Below, in pieces: positions 9,211 through 20,087 of a stretch of DNA of 64,000 bases. Each line of letters begins with the position of its first letter. The stretch's first letter is position 1. Under the pieces are notes generated by a model. The model was not told the origin of the DNA, did not search any database, and was given only the letters and a program-made list of their open reading frames with translations. The stretch is from an uncultured Actinomycetes bacterium (lineage in GTDB: Bacteria; Actinomycetota; UBA4738; HRBIN12): NCBI GenBank assembly GCA_963704725.1, contig OY969934.1, forward strand, positions 2,048,001-2,112,000. Reading direction: 5' to 3'. Made by a program: the position numbers and the translations under genes.

Positions 9211-9866
9211 CAGGCCGGCTCCACGACGGCTTTGAGATCGCGCACCGCCGCCGCGACGTCGGGGGCCCCGAAGATGGCCGAGCCCGCCACGAGGACGGTG
9301 GCGCCGGCGTCGACGCACCGGCGGGCCGCGTCGAGGTCCACGCCGCCCTCGACCTCGACGTCGGCGCTCAGGCCCCGGCGCTCGAGCTCGGCCCGCACCG
9401 CGGCGATCCGCGGCAGGGCCTCGGGCATGAACGTGTCCCCGTTCCGGCCGGGGTGGACGCTCATCACGATCACGTCGTCGACGTCCTCGAGGCTCGGGAA
9501 CACGGTCTCGATCGGCGTCTGGGGGCCCACGGCCAGTCCGACGCCCATGCCGGCGCCCCTGGCCTTGGCGATCACCGGAGACGGGTCCGCCGCGGCCTCC
9601 ACGTGGAACCCGACCAGATCCGTCCCGGCCTCGGCGAGCTCGTCGAACACTGCCTCGGGCGACTCGACCATGAGGTGCGCGTGGAGCGTTCGGTCCGTGT
9701 GGGGGCGGAGCGAGGCCACGACTACGGGTCCGATCGTGAGCGGCGCGACGAAGTGGGCGTCCATGACGTCGACGTGGATCACGTCGACGTGCCGGTCGAC
9801 CGCCCCCACCTGGTCCGCGAGGCTCGCGAGATCCGCGGACAGGATCGAGGCCGAGAGTTTGCCCAT
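9210..9866 (-). CDS. rpe: Ribulose-phosphate 3-epimerase family protein (divergent active site)
   Basis: SILSAD, HVDVMDAHF, HLMV, FHVE, LVAGSAIF; canonical VDGG reads VEGG. Confidence 0.88.
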   Translation of the reverse strand: MGKLSASILSADLASLADQVGAVDRHVDVIHVDVMDAHFVAPLTIGPVVVASLRPHTDRTLHAHLMVESPEAVFDELAEAGTDLVGFHVEAAADPSPVIAKARGAGMGVGLAVGPQTPIETVFPSLEDVDDVIVMSVHPGRNGDTFMPEALPRIAAVRAELERRGLSADVEVEGGVDLDAARRCVDAGATVLVAGSAIFGAPDVAAAVRDLKAVVEPA

Positions 9867-9915
9867 CGCGCGCGATTCTAGGCGCAAGGCCGGGCCGCGA
9901 CCCGCACATCCGACG

Positions 9916-11295
9916 TCATCCGCGTTCGACGAGGCGACCCGGACCGTCGCCGCGACGGCGGAACCCCGCCACGAACATCGCGTCGCACCCGTGGCGATGA
10001 GGCCACAGCCGGATCCGGGTCGCCGGGCCGTCGGGACCGGGCAGCTCGACGGGCTCCAGGTCGGGACGATGCCGGACGATCGCGTCGCACGCGGCGTCGG
10101 TCTCGGCCCGGGGGAACGTGCACACGCTGTACACGAGGCGGCCGCCGGGGCGCAGGAGGCCGGCCACCCCGGCCACGATGGCCACCTGCAGCCGGGCCAG
10201 CGCGGACAGCTCCTCGCGGCGGAACCGCCACAGCAGCTCCGGCCGCCGCCGTGCCGAACCGATCCCCGAGCACGGGGCATCGACGAGGATCCGGTCGAAC
10301 GGGCCTCGCACGGCGGGCTCCCGCCCGTCCTGGACCAGCACGCGGGCGGCGACGCCCAGACGCTCGAGGGTCTGGGCGACGAGCCCGGCGCGATGCGGCC
10401 GCGCGTCCGAGGCCACGAGCGAGCCGCCCGGTCCGACCAGACACGCCAGGTGCCCGGACTTGCCCCCCGGCCCGGCGCAGGCATCGAGCACCCGCTCCCC
10501 CGTTTGCGGGTCGACGCACTCCACGACGAACGAGGAGGCCTCGTCCTGCACGGCGAACCAGCCCTGATCGAACCCCGGGAGCGAGGACGGCGCGCCGGCC
10601 GAGACGACGAGGGAGCCGGAGTGGATCCGGCCGCGCTCGACCTCCACCCCCGCGCCGCGAAGGGCCGCCTCGAGGTCCTCCACACCCGTGCGACACGTGT
10701 TCGTCCGCAGCGTGGTCCGGGCCGGCTCCGCCAGGGCCGCCGCCGCCGTCTCCGCCTCGTCGCCGAGCTGCCGGCGAAGCTCGCTCACCGCCCAGGGGTC
10801 GAGCCCCGTGCGGATCGCGATCGCCTCGTCGTCGTCGCCGTCTGCGGGCGGAGCCCCCTGCGACGCGAGCCGGCGGAGCACGGCGTTCGCCAACCCGCGA
10901 TACCGGCGCTCCGCCAGCGCCACGCTCTCCCCCACGGCGGCGTGCGGCGGGATGCGCGTGTACAGGATCTGGTAGGCCCCCAACCGGAGCACGGCCCGGG
11001 CCGCCGCCGGGGCGTCCTCGAGCGGGCGATCCAACAGCGGGGCGAGGGCGTGGTCGAGCGCCAGACGCCGCCGCAGCGTGCCGTAGGCCAGCTCGGTGGC
11101 GAGGGCGGCATCCCGGCCGGTCAGGCCCGCCGACGCGATCGTCCTCGCGACCGCGAGGTTGGAGTACGCGCCCTGGTCGGTGACGCGCCGGACGACGTCG
11201 AGCGCCACGGCCCGGGCGTCCCGCCGCTGCGGAGCGGGCCGGGCGGGCCCCCGGGCGCGGCTCGACCCACGCCGCCGGTCGGAGGGCGTGTTCAT
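9916..11295 (-). CDS. rsmB: 16S rRNA m5C967 methyltransferase RsmB/Sun
   Basis: NusB-like N-terminus, VQDEAS, DACAGPGGK, DAPCSG, YSVC. Confidence 0.92.
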   Translation of the reverse strand: MNTPSDRRRGSSRARGPARPAPQRRDARAVALDVVRRVTDQGAYSNLAVARTIASAGLTGRDAALATELAYGTLRRRLALDHALAPLLDRPLEDAPAAARAVLRLGAYQILYTRIPPHAAVGESVALAERRYRGLANAVLRRLASQGAPPADGDDDEAIAIRTGLDPWAVSELRRQLGDEAETAAAALAEPARTTLRTNTCRTGVEDLEAALRGAGVEVERGRIHSGSLVVSAGAPSSLPGFDQGWFAVQDEASSFVVECVDPQTGERVLDACAGPGGKSGHLACLVGPGGSLVASDARPHRAGLVAQTLERLGVAARVLVQDGREPAVRGPFDRILVDAPCSGIGSARRRPELLWRFRREELSALARLQVAIVAGVAGLLRPGGRLVYSVCTFPRAETDAACDAIVRHRPDLEPVELPGPDGPATRIRLWPHRHGCDAMFVAGFRRRGDGPGRLVERG

Positions 11296-12251
11296 CCCAG
11301 GCGCTCGCCGACCCTCGGCCGTAGGCCGTTCACCAGGTCGGCACCCGACATCCGTCTCCGCCCGGCGGGCGCGACCTCGAGCGGGCGGAATCCACCTGCG
11401 GCGGTGCCGACGACGATGCCCGCCTTCGTCACCGCGACGATCTCGCCCTGCGGCCCGCCCCCGTCCACCGCGTCCGCTCGGTAGACCTTCAGGGGGTCGC
11501 CCCGGAACGACGTCTGCGCGGCCGGAGCCGGCGAGAGCGCGCGACACAGCGCCACCAGCGCCTCGGCGGGTTGGGACCAGTCGAGCGCCCGGTCCTGCGG
11601 CCCGAGCTTCGGGGCGTACGTCGCGAGCGCATCGTCCTGCGGCGTCGGAGCGAAGCCTTCGGTGCACAGCAGCCCGACGCTGTCGACCAGGATCTCCGCG
11701 CCCACCCCGGCGAGCCGCGCCCCCAGCGTCCCGGCGTCGTCCTCGGGCTCGACGACGACCTCCCGCTGCATCACGACCGGGCCCGTGTCGAGGCCCTCGT
11801 CCATGACGATCGTCGTCACCCCGGTGCGATCCATGCCGACCCGAAGGGCGGACTGGACCGGGCTCGCCCCGCGGAGCGCCGGCAGGAGCGAGAAGTGCAG
11901 GTTGACCGGGGCGACCGCCGGGAGCTCGAGCACGGTCCGGGGCAGGATCTCTCCGTAGGCGACGACGACCAGGACTTCGGGTCTCGCGCCGGCGAGCAGG
12001 TCGAACCCGTCCCCCCGCTTGACCGTGTCGACCTCGGCCAGGGGCAGGCCCAGCTCACGGGCGGCGGAGGCGACGGCCGTCGGCGTGGGGTGGTTCCCCC
12101 GACCGGCGGGCTTCGGCGGCGCGGTCGCGACCACGACGACGTCATGGATCGATCCGGCCAGCGCTCGGAGCGACGGGACGGACCACGCGTCGTTCCCGAG
12201 GAACGCGACGCGCGCGGGCCGGTCCCGTCCCGAGCCCGCGGGAGCGGGCAC
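11292..12251 (-). CDS. fmt: Methionyl-tRNA formyltransferase
   Basis: VVAYG, NLHFSLLP..RGASP, GLDTG; GTG start overlapping def stop. Confidence 0.93.
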   Translation of the reverse strand: MPAPAGSGRDRPARVAFLGNDAWSVPSLRALAGSIHDVVVVATAPPKPAGRGNHPTPTAVASAARELGLPLAEVDTVKRGDGFDLLAGARPEVLVVVAYGEILPRTVLELPAVAPVNLHFSLLPALRGASPVQSALRVGMDRTGVTTIVMDEGLDTGPVVMQREVVVEPEDDAGTLGARLAGVGAEILVDSVGLLCTEGFAPTPQDDALATYAPKLGPQDRALDWSQPAEALVALCRALSPAPAAQTSFRGDPLKVYRADAVDGGGPQGEIVAVTKAGIVVGTAAGGFRPLEVAPAGRRRMSGADLVNGLRPRVGERLG

Positions 12252-12757
12252 TAGCCCCCCTGGGCGCGCTTGAGCTCCAGCTCGCGGAGCTGCCGCATCA
12301 CGTCGCGGCGACCGGCGTCGTCGAGGCGGTCGATGTAGAGCATGCCGTTCAGGTGATCGGTCTCGTGCTGGAAGATCCGCGCGAGGTATCCCTCGACCTG
12401 CAGGTCGACCGTCTCTCCGTGCACGTCCTGCGCGCGGAGCCGGACGCTCTGGGCCCGGGGCGTCTCGTGATAGGGCCCGGGGATCGACAAGCAGCCCTCC
12501 GAGTCCCGCTGCTCCCCCTCGAGGTCCGACAGCGACGGGTTGGCCAGGAAGCCGCTGTGGCCCTCGCGGTCGTCGTACGCGAAGCAGGCCAGCGACAGGC
12601 CGACCTGATTGGCCGCCAATCCCACGCCGGGAGCCTCGTACATCGTCTCGAGCATGTCCTCGGCCAGACGCGCCAGCGCGACGTCGAACACCTCGACGGG
12701 TCGGCAGGACCTTCGCAGGACTGGGTCGCCCAGCGTCCGGACCGGCATGAGCGTCAC
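12251..12757 (-). CDS. def: Peptide deformylase
   Basis: GVGLAANQVG, EGCLS, QHETDHLNG. Confidence 0.96.
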   Translation of the reverse strand: MTLMPVRTLGDPVLRRSCRPVEVFDVALARLAEDMLETMYEAPGVGLAANQVGLSLACFAYDDREGHSGFLANPSLSDLEGEQRDSEGCLSIPGPYHETPRAQSVRLRAQDVHGETVDLQVEGYLARIFQHETDHLNGMLYIDRLDDAGRRDVMRQLRELELKRAQGG

Positions 12758-12767
12758 GCCCCACTCC

Positions 12768-14666
12768 TCACAGATGCGGTTCGGCCTCGACCCTCGTCAC
12801 GACACCGCGCTCCGCGAGCCGACGAACCGCCGCGCCGAACGCGGCCAGGTCCCCGGGGTCGAGGGCGACCAAGCATACCGTCTGGTCTCCGAGCGCCGAG
12901 ATGAGCAGCGTCCGAGGCCCCAGGCGTGTCAGCTCCGCCTCGAGCTCGTCGGTGCCGGCGACGCGGAACACCGGCGCGCCGACGGGGAACCCCGCCTCCG
13001 CGAGCCTGGGGGCCTCGGTCCGCGCGAAGCGATCCGGCCTGCCGGTCACCAACGCCTGCACGGCATGGTCGTTCGGCCGGCCGGCCTGGATGACGACCCG
13101 TCCACCGGGCCCGGTCCACGCCGCGACCTCGGCCCACGCGGAGAGCGCGCGCTCCCGCGCCGCGATGCCCGGCCGACGGAGCGAGGCGTCGGCGTTCAGG
13201 ATGCCGACGAGGTCCGCGTCGACCCGCCCGAAGTCCTTCACGGCGTCGATCCCGCCCACGACGACCTCCGCGTCCCCCGGCGGCGACGGCCGGTCGCGCG
13301 GTCCGAGCCGCCGAACGGGAACCGCGGCGACCCCCCGGGCCCATTCCTCCACCCGCTCGGCCCCGCCGCGCGCCACGCCGAAGTCGGACGCCCCGCACGT
13401 CGCGCATCGCCCCGGCGCCTCGCACACCGTGCAACGGAAGGCCCCCTCCTCGGACCGCAGGGAACCGCCACAGACGGCGCACGCCGCCAGCTCGCCGCAG
13501 GCCCGGCACACGCGAGCCATGCCGTATCCGCGCATCGGCTCGAACAGGAACGCCCGCCGCGCCTCCCGCAGCACCCGCACCAACCTCGGCGCACGCCCCT
13601 CGGGTCCCGGCTTCACCACCTCGACCGGCGGCCACCGCCGCCCCTTCGGCTCCACGTCCACGTGCGGCATCGTCTGCGCCTCCATCGACGGCATCACCGA
13701 CGCCATCACGCACACCGCCCCCTCGATCCGCGCCCGCTCCGCCGCCACCTCGCGCGCGTGGAAGTGCGGCGCCCGCTCCTCCCGATGCAGCGCATGGTGC
13801 TCCCGCGCCACCACCACGACCCCCAGGTCCTCGAGCGGCGCGAACACTGCCGGCCGGGTCCCCACCACCACCCGATACCTCCCCGCCCCGATCCCCAGCC
13901 ACATCCGGTACCGCTCCCGCTTCTCCCCCCCGAAGAAGCACGCCACCGAATCCCCGAACTCCCCCACCACCGCAGCGACGGTCACGGGTGTCGGATCCAC
14001 CTCCGGCACCACCACGATCGCCGACCTCCCCGCCGCCAGCGCCGCCCCCACGCACTCCACGACCAACGCGGCATCGTCCCCAGGAGCCGTCCGAAGAAGG
14101 AAGGTGCCCGAGCCGTCGCGAACCGCGTCCAGCAGGCGAGGCCCGTTCGCGTATCCGTCCAAGAGCTTCGGCAGGGCGGGGGCGCCGTCGCGGAGGGGTC
14201 GGGGAGGAGGAGCGAAGCTCGACGTACCCGTCTCGAGCAGGGGCCCCTCGCCGGAGCGACGAAGGAACCGCGACCCCGCATCGGCGACGCCCCCGCCCAC
14301 CCCGGCGACCTCCTCGCCGGCCACCCGAGGCGGGACACCCCGCCCGATCACCGCCGCCAGCGGCGACACGTACCGCTCCGACATCCACCGGTACAGGGAC
14401 AACAGCCGATCGTCGAAGAACCGCACGGGCGACACCAGCTTGTGGATGGGCAGCATCCGCGGAGGGACGTCGTCGGTCGTTCCGAGCACCCATCCGCGCA
14501 CGAGCTTGCCGTGGAACCGCACCTGCACGAGCGACCCGACGCCGGCGTCCAGCTCTCCGGGGAGCTCGTAGGTGAACGGACGGTCGAGCGCCAACAGGGG
14601 CCGGTCGACGCAGACGGCGACGGGGCCCGAGATCGGTGGGCTACTCGAACGCGCGGCGGAGCTCAT
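12768..14666 (-). CDS. priA: Primosomal protein N' (actinobacterial type, helicase motifs degenerate)
   Basis: DRPFTY N-terminus, VVVGTR.AVFAP, four CxxC, position after metK; no Walker A. Confidence 0.85.
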   Translation of the reverse strand: MSSAARSSSPPISGPVAVCVDRPLLALDRPFTYELPGELDAGVGSLVQVRFHGKLVRGWVLGTTDDVPPRMLPIHKLVSPVRFFDDRLLSLYRWMSERYVSPLAAVIGRGVPPRVAGEEVAGVGGGVADAGSRFLRRSGEGPLLETGTSSFAPPPRPLRDGAPALPKLLDGYANGPRLLDAVRDGSGTFLLRTAPGDDAALVVECVGAALAAGRSAIVVVPEVDPTPVTVAAVVGEFGDSVACFFGGEKRERYRMWLGIGAGRYRVVVGTRPAVFAPLEDLGVVVVAREHHALHREERAPHFHAREVAAERARIEGAVCVMASVMPSMEAQTMPHVDVEPKGRRWPPVEVVKPGPEGRAPRLVRVLREARRAFLFEPMRGYGMARVCRACGELAACAVCGGSLRSEEGAFRCTVCEAPGRCATCGASDFGVARGGAERVEEWARGVAAVPVRRLGPRDRPSPPGDAEVVVGGIDAVKDFGRVDADLVGILNADASLRRPGIAARERALSAWAEVAAWTGPGGRVVIQAGRPNDHAVQALVTGRPDRFARTEAPRLAEAGFPVGAPVFRVAGTDELEAELTRLGPRTLLISALGDQTVCLVALDPGDLAAFGAAVRRLAERGVVTRVEAEPHL

Positions 14667-15828
14667 CCGCGCGGTCGGTCGCCTCCCACGGGAACTCCTT
14701 GCGGCCGAAATGTCCGTAGGCGGCCGTGTCTCGGTAGATGGGCCGCCGCAGGTCGAGGTCTCGGATGATCGCCGCGGGACGGAAGTCGAAGGCGTCCCAC
14801 ACCAGATCCGTCACGCGCTCCGGGTCCGCGTGCTCGGTCCCGAAGGTGTCGATGGCCAGAGAGACCGGGTGGGCCGTGCCGATGGCGTACGCCACCTGGA
14901 TCTGCAGCCGGTCGGCGAGGCCGGCCGCCACGAGGTTCTTCGCGACGTAGCGGGCCATGTACGCCGCCGAGCGGTCGACCTTCGTCGGATCCTTGCCCGA
15001 GAAGCAGCCGCCGCCGTGCGGCGCCATCCCTCCGTAGCTGTCGACCATGATCTTGCGGCCCGTCAGGCCCGTGTCCGCCTTGGGGCCGCCGATCTCGAAC
15101 CGGCCGGTCGGGTTCACGAGCACCCGCACGTCCTCGGCGTCGAGCTCGAACTCGCGCAGGACCGGGTCGATGACCTCGGCCTTCACGTCCGGCGCGAGCA
15201 GGGTTTCGACGTCGACCTCCTCGCGGTGCTGCGCGGCGATGAGGACGGTGTTGACTCGCCGCGGGATCCGGTCCGCGTACTCGATCGAGACCTGGCTCTT
15301 GCCGTCCGGCCGCAGGTACGGGATCACCCCGGCCTTGCGGACGTCGGACAGCCGCCGGGCCAGGCGGTGGGCCATCGCGATCGGCAGCGGCATCAGCTCG
15401 TCCGTCTCGCGGCAGGCGAACCCGAACATCATCCCCTGGTCCCCGGCGCCGAGGGCGTCGAGCTGATCGGCCGAATGCCCCTCACGATGTTCGAGCGAGT
15501 CGTCGACGCCTCGGGCGATGTCGGCCGACTGCTCCTGGATCGAGGTCACGACGCCACACGTGTGGCCGTCGATGCCAAAGTTGGAGTCCGTGTAACCGAT
15601 CTCCGTGATCGTGTCCCGGACCACCTGGGGGATGTCGACGTACTCGGAGGTCGAGATCTCTCCAGCCACGATCACGAGGCCGGTGGTGACGAGCGTCTCG
15701 CACGCCACCCGCCCCACGGGATCCACCGCGAGGATCGCGTCCAAGATGGCATCGGAGATCTGATCGGCGAGCTTGTCGGGGTGCCCCTCGGTGACGGATT
15801 CCGAGGAGAAGAGGTAGCCGTGACTCAT
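14641..15828 (-). CDS. metK: S-adenosylmethionine synthetase
   Basis: [32 protein letters not shown]. Confidence 0.98.
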   Translation of the reverse strand: MSHGYLFSSESVTEGHPDKLADQISDAILDAILAVDPVGRVACETLVTTGLVIVAGEISTSEYVDIPQVVRDTITEIGYTDSNFGIDGHTCGVVTSIQEQSADIARGVDDSLEHREGHSADQLDALGAGDQGMMFGFACRETDELMPLPIAMAHRLARRLSDVRKAGVIPYLRPDGKSQVSIEYADRIPRRVNTVLIAAQHREEVDVETLLAPDVKAEVIDPVLREFELDAEDVRVLVNPTGRFEIGGPKADTGLTGRKIMVDSYGGMAPHGGGCFSGKDPTKVDRSAAYMARYVAKNLVAAGLADRLQIQVAYAIGTAHPVSLAIDTFGTEHADPERVTDLVWDAFDFRPAAIIRDLDLRRPIYRDTAAYGHFGRKEFPWEATDRADELRRAFE

Positions 15829-15874
15829 GTCGGCGGAGCATAGCAGCCCCCTCGGACCCGCCCGAGAGCGGCGG

Positions 15875-17086
15875 TCAGCGTGTGAGGAGCTTGGCGATCC
15901 GGTCGCAGATCGCGCCGGCGAGGTCGGCCTTCGTCCAGTCCCGGATCGGCTCGTCCTCCCCCGAAGCCGACAGGATGGCGGCCCGGTTGGTGTCGGAGCC
16001 GAACCCGGTGCCCGCGCGGCCGACCTCGTTGGCCACGAGGAGGTCGAGGTGCTTGCGCTCGAGCTTGGCTCGCCCGGCGGGCTCGGGCTCTCCCGTCTCG
16101 GCCGCGAAGCCGACCAGGATGCGATCGCGCTTGTCCGACCCCAGCTCGGCCAGGATGTCCGGCGTCGGGACGAGGTGGATCTGGGGCGGCCCCGTCTCCT
16201 TCTTGAGCTTCGACTCGGATGCCGCCGCGGGTCGGAAGTCGGCGACCGCGGCCGCCATCACGATCACGTCGGCGTCCTCGGCCGCCCCGAGCACCGCGGC
16301 TCGCATCTCCTGCGCCGTCGTCACGCGGACGATCGTGGGTCCCTGCGGCGGGGGGATCGTGCCGGGACCGACCACGAGGGTGACGTCGGCCCCGCGCGCC
16401 GCGGCCTCCGCGGCCACGGCGAACCCCATGCGGCCGCTCGACCGGTTGCCGATGAACCGGACCGGGTCGAGGGGCTCCCACGTGGGGCCGGCGGTGACCA
16501 CCACACGACGCCCGGCCAGGTCCCGGCCGTGGGCGAGCGTCTCGACCACGGCCTCGAGGATCTGTTCCGGCTCGCTCATCCGTCCCATCCCCTCGTCGCC
16601 GGCGGCGAGGGAGCCGCTCACCGGACCGACCACGCGCGCCCCGCGCTCGACGAGCGCCGCCAGGTTGGCCTGCGTCGCGGCGTGCCGCCACATGCCGCTG
16701 TGCATCGCGGGGGCCAGGACGAGCGGCGCGTCCGCCTCCAGCAGCGTCGAGGTGAGGAGGTCGTCGGCGATGCCGAAGGTGAGCTTTGCGATCACGTTGG
16801 CCGTCGCCGGCGCCACCACCACCACGTCCGCCTCGTGCGCGAGCCGGACGTGCAGCACCTGGCCCGGCTCCTCGAACAGGTCCGTGTACACCCGCTGGTC
16901 GGACAGCGACGCGAAGGTGGCCGGGCCGACGAAGCGCTCCGCCGTGTGGGTCATCACCACCCGGACGGAGGCACCCCGCAGCCGCAGCAGCCGCGTGAGG
17001 ATGCAGGCCTTGTACGCGGCGATGCCGCCCGTGACCCCGAGCAGGACGCGTCGACCGCTGAGAACGGGGGAGACGTTGGGATCCAC
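15875..17086 (-). CDS. coaBC: Phosphopantothenoylcysteine decarboxylase/ligase
   Basis: [41 protein letters not shown]. Confidence 0.96.
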   Translation of the reverse strand: MDPNVSPVLSGRRVLLGVTGGIAAYKACILTRLLRLRGASVRVVMTHTAERFVGPATFASLSDQRVYTDLFEEPGQVLHVRLAHEADVVVVAPATANVIAKLTFGIADDLLTSTLLEADAPLVLAPAMHSGMWRHAATQANLAALVERGARVVGPVSGSLAAGDEGMGRMSEPEQILEAVVETLAHGRDLAGRRVVVTAGPTWEPLDPVRFIGNRSSGRMGFAVAAEAAARGADVTLVVGPGTIPPPQGPTIVRVTTAQEMRAAVLGAAEDADVIVMAAAVADFRPAAASESKLKKETGPPQIHLVPTPDILAELGSDKRDRILVGFAAETGEPEPAGRAKLERKHLDLLVANEVGRAGTGFGSDTNRAAILSASGEDEPIRDWTKADLAGAICDRIAKLLTR

Positions 17087-17120
17087 TGCCCCACCTCCGC
17101 TGGCGGCTCCCGGCGCGACG

Positions 17121-17363
17121 CTACTCGGGCGTGACCTCGGTGCGCTCGCCGCTGATCTTGCCCTCGGCGATCTCCTCGAGCGCGATCGACAGCGGCTTGT
17201 TCTTCAGGCCGGTCTCGACGAGCGGGGGGATGAACTCCGCGCGGCCCTCGCCGAGCTGGTTGTAGTACGAGTTGATCTCGCGGGCGCGCTTGGCCGCCAG
17301 GATCACCAGCGTGTACTTGGAGTCCACCTGGGCGAGCAGATCGTCGATCTTGGGATCGATCAT
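17121..17363 (-). CDS. rpoZ: RNA polymerase omega subunit
   Basis: [33 protein letters not shown]. Confidence 0.95.
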   Translation of the reverse strand: MIDPKIDDLLAQVDSKYTLVILAAKRAREINSYYNQLGEGRAEFIPPLVETGLKNKPLSIALEEIAEGKISGERTEVTPE

Positions 17364-17980
17364 GGGTTCGCGGAACCTCCGGGGTCGGGCTCTCCGGTCG
17401 CGCCATCTGGCGGCCGCCGGGACCTCTGGATGATAGCAGCGACCTGCGACGATGCAGCTTCGACGTCCTCGTTGACCACCACGTGGTCGAACAGGTCGCG
17501 CTGCTCGAGCTCCGATTCGGCCTCGGCCAGCCGGCGGGCGAGGCGCTCCTCGTCCTCGCTCGCCCGCGTCCGGAGCCGCCGTTCCAGCTCCTCGGCGGAG
17601 GGCGGCTCGAGGAAGATCAGCACGGCCTCGGGGATCGCCTCGCGGACCTTCCGAGCGCCCTGCACGTCGATCTCGAGCACGACGTCGGCTCCCTCCGAAA
17701 GCGTGCGCTCCACCCACGCGCGGGGGGTGCCGTACCGCTTGCCGAACACCTCCGCCCACTCGAGCAGGCCGTCCTGCTCCACCAGTCGGTCGAACTCGTC
17801 GGGCGAGACGAAACGGTAGTCGACCCCGTCCCGCTCCCCGAGCGAGGCGCGGGGCGCTCGGGTCGTCGCCGAGATCGAGAGGCGGAGCCCCGGCACCCGT
17901 TCCAGGACGCGCCGGACGACGGTTCCCTTGCCGACGCCGGACGGACCGGCGATCACGAAGAGCGTGCCGCGCCGTTCGAT
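17360..17980 (-). CDS. gmk: Guanylate kinase (start uncertain: ATC 17980 or GTG 17956)
   Basis: [36 protein letters not shown]. Confidence 0.93.
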   Translation of the reverse strand: MERRGTLFVIAGPSGVGKGTVVRRVLERVPGLRLSISATTRAPRASLGERDGVDYRFVSPDEFDRLVEQDGLLEWAEVFGKRYGTPRAWVERTLSEGADVVLEIDVQGARKVREAIPEAVLIFLEPPSAEELERRLRTRASEDEERLARRLAEAESELEQRDLFDHVVVNEDVEAASSQVAAIIQRSRRPPDGATGEPDPGGSANP

Positions 17981-17989
17981 GAGCGCGCG

Positions 17990-18304
17990 CTACTTCTTGG
18001 CGAACTCGGTGAGCAGCGAGTCGCGCTGCTTGGCGCCGAGGCCACGGACCCTGCGGCTCGCAGAGATGTCGAGCTTCTCCATGATCTTGCGCGCCCGGAC
18101 CTTCCCCACACCCGGGAGCGACTCGAGGACCGTGGAGACCTTCATCTTCCCGACGGTGTCGTCGCCAGGCCGGGAGAGCATGTCCTTGAGCGTGATCTTC
18201 CCGGACTTGAGCTGGCCCTTGAGCTCGGCACGCTTCCTGCGCGCCTCGGCCGCCTTCTCCAGAGCCTGCTTGCGCTGTTCATCCGTCAGGACGGGTAGGG
18301 GCAT
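17990..18304 (-). CDS. mihF: Actinobacterial integration host factor
   Basis: [43 protein letters not shown]. Confidence 0.95.
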   Translation of the reverse strand: MPLPVLTDEQRKQALEKAAEARRKRAELKGQLKSGKITLKDMLSRPGDDTVGKMKVSTVLESLPGVGKVRARKIMEKLDISASRRVRGLGAKQRDSLLTEFAKK

Positions 18305-18343
18305 GACAACACTCCTTCACTGATGGGAGCCGGGATCGTCGCG

Positions 18344-18373
18344 AGTATAGCCACGCCCTCCCGGGCGCCGCAA
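18344..18373 (-). promoter_or_regulatory. Housekeeping-sigma promoter for mihF
   Basis: TTGCGG-N18-TATACT. Confidence 0.55.
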
Positions 18374-18420
18374 CGCGAACCATGCCTCCCGACCTGCGGT
18401 TTTCCTCGGCCCCACACCGA

Positions 18421-19104
18421 TCATCGAACGCTCGCCAGGATCGCTCGGGCCGCGCCGGCCGGATCGACGGACGCCGTGATGGGCCGCCCGACGACCAGAT
18501 AGTCCGCGCCGCGCTCGATCGCCTCCTCCGGAGTGAGGATGCGGACCTGGTCGTGTCCGTTGGAGCCGGCGGGGCGGATGCCGGGGACGACGAGACACGG
18601 CTCCTCGCCGAGGACCTCGCGGACCGTGACCACGTCCTCGCCCGAGACCACGATCCCGCCCGCGCCGGCGGCGCGGGCTTCGAACGCGAGCGATGCCGCC
18701 GACGCGAGCCCCTCCCCCGCCGAGCTCGACAGCACCGTCACCGCGAGCACGATGGGTGGCGCCGCGCCGGCCTCCTCGGCACCCGTCGCCGCACCGCGGA
18801 TCGCCGCCGCGATCATGGCCTCGCCCCCCAGCGCGTGCACGGTGAACATCGCGGCGCCGAGCCGCGCGACGTTGCGCGACGCGCGCTCCACCGTGGTGGG
18901 GATGTCGTGGAACTTGAGGTCCACGAACACCGGCCCGTACGGCAGGACCCGACGGAGCGCGTCGGGGCCGGCCGCCGAGAAGAGCTCGGACCCCACCTTG
19001 AACAACCCCACCGAGCCACGGAGGCCGCGCGCCAGCTCCTCGGCCGCGTCCGCGTCCGAGACGTCGAGCGCGACGGCGAGCGGGTTGTCCGGACGGGGGA
19101 TCAT
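18421..19104 (-). CDS. pyrF: Orotidine-5'-phosphate decarboxylase
   Basis: VALD, FKVG, DLKFHDIPTTV, PGIRP, DQ.R, VVGRPI. Confidence 0.95.
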   Translation of the reverse strand: MIPRPDNPLAVALDVSDADAAEELARGLRGSVGLFKVGSELFSAAGPDALRRVLPYGPVFVDLKFHDIPTTVERASRNVARLGAAMFTVHALGGEAMIAAAIRGAATGAEEAGAAPPIVLAVTVLSSSAGEGLASAASLAFEARAAGAGGIVVSGEDVVTVREVLGEEPCLVVPGIRPAGSNGHDQVRILTPEEAIERGADYLVVGRPITASVDPAGAARAILASVR

Positions 19105-20087
19105 CTCAGGGCCCCGGTGGTCCTGGCGGCCCCCGCCTCCGAGCGCGAGCCGGCGGCTGGGTCCTGCCGCGTCCGGAGCCGGCCCCGCAGGTCGGCCGGG
19201 GAGGCGATCCCCTTGGCCCGCAGGTACTCGAGCACGCCCCGCGCGATCTCCTCCGGCGCCGAGGGGTTCACCAGCAGGGCGGTCCCCACCTGCACGGCCC
19301 ACGCCCCGGCCAGCAGGAACTCGACGGCGTCGATGCCGGTGGTGACGCCGCCCACCCCCATGATCGGGACGTTCGGCAGCGCCCGGGCCACGCGGTGCAC
19401 GGCGGCCAGCGCGATCGGCTTGATCGCCGGGCCGGACAGCCGCCCCTCGGTGGCGGCCAGCCGGGGGCGGAGGCGCTCGGCGTCCACGGCCAGGCCGGGC
19501 ACCCCGTCGATCAGCGTGAGGCCCGACGCCCCCGCCCGCACGCAGGCCCGGGCGGTTCCCACGAGATCGGGCAGCAGGGGCGGGAGCTTGACGAACACCG
19601 GGACGCGGGAGTGCCGGGCGACCGAGCCGACGACCTCGTTCATCCGCTCGAGGTGGGCGTAGAAGGGATCGCCGTGCCGCTCGTCGTCCGGGGCCGACAG
19701 GTTGATCTCGAGGGCCACGATGCCGGGGCGCAGGTGGAGGTAGCTCGCGACCCGGATGTACTCGTCCGGCGTGGAGCCGGCCACCGAGGCGATCACCGGC
19801 ACCTGCGACCGCAGGAGCTTCGGCAGGTCCAGCTCGACGAACTCCTCGACGCCGGGGTTCTGCAGGCCGACCCACGACAGGAACCCCGACGGCGTCTCGG
19901 CGCCGCGCGGCGTCGGCGCGCCCTTGGACGGGGCCAGCGTGAGGCTGCGCGTGACGATCCCACCCAGCCGGTGCAGATCCACCAGACCGGGGATGTCGCG
20001 GCCCGTCCCCAGGCATCCCGACGCCGCGAGCACCGGATGCGGGAAGACGATCCCGCCCCCGAGATCGACCGCCAGCGTCTGCTTCAT
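19101..20087 (-). CDS. pyrD: Dihydroorotate dehydrogenase family 1B-like subunit, atypical active site
   Basis: PVLAASG, GLQNPG, PVFVKL, LSGPAIKP, GVGGV, AVQVGTA; SCPN reads SAPD. Confidence 0.85.
   Translation of the reverse strand: MKQTLAVDLGGGIVFPHPVLAASGCLGTGRDIPGLVDLHRLGGIVTRSLTLAPSKGAPTPRGAETPSGFLSWVGLQNPGVEEFVELDLPKLLRSQVPVIASVAGSTPDEYIRVASYLHLRPGIVALEINLSAPDDERHGDPFYAHLERMNEVVGSVARHSRVPVFVKLPPLLPDLVGTARACVRAGASGLTLIDGVPGLAVDAERLRPRLAATEGRLSGPAIKPIALAAVHRVARALPNVPIMGVGGVTTGIDAVEFLLAGAWAVQVGTALLVNPSAPEEIARGVLEYLRAKGIASPADLRGRLRTRQDPAAGSRSEAGAARTTGALR

Noticed and set aside
8281-9909. Long N-terminal extensions in the ORF track (DGC, rpe, fmt, carA, carB, aroB, aroK, cheW) suggesting fusions
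   Set aside because: The extensions are out-of-frame overlaps with upstream genes; real starts sit at stop/start overlaps.
12768-14666. PriA lacking Walker A/DExH motifs as a novelty
   Set aside because: Helicase-degenerate PriA is already known in actinobacteria.
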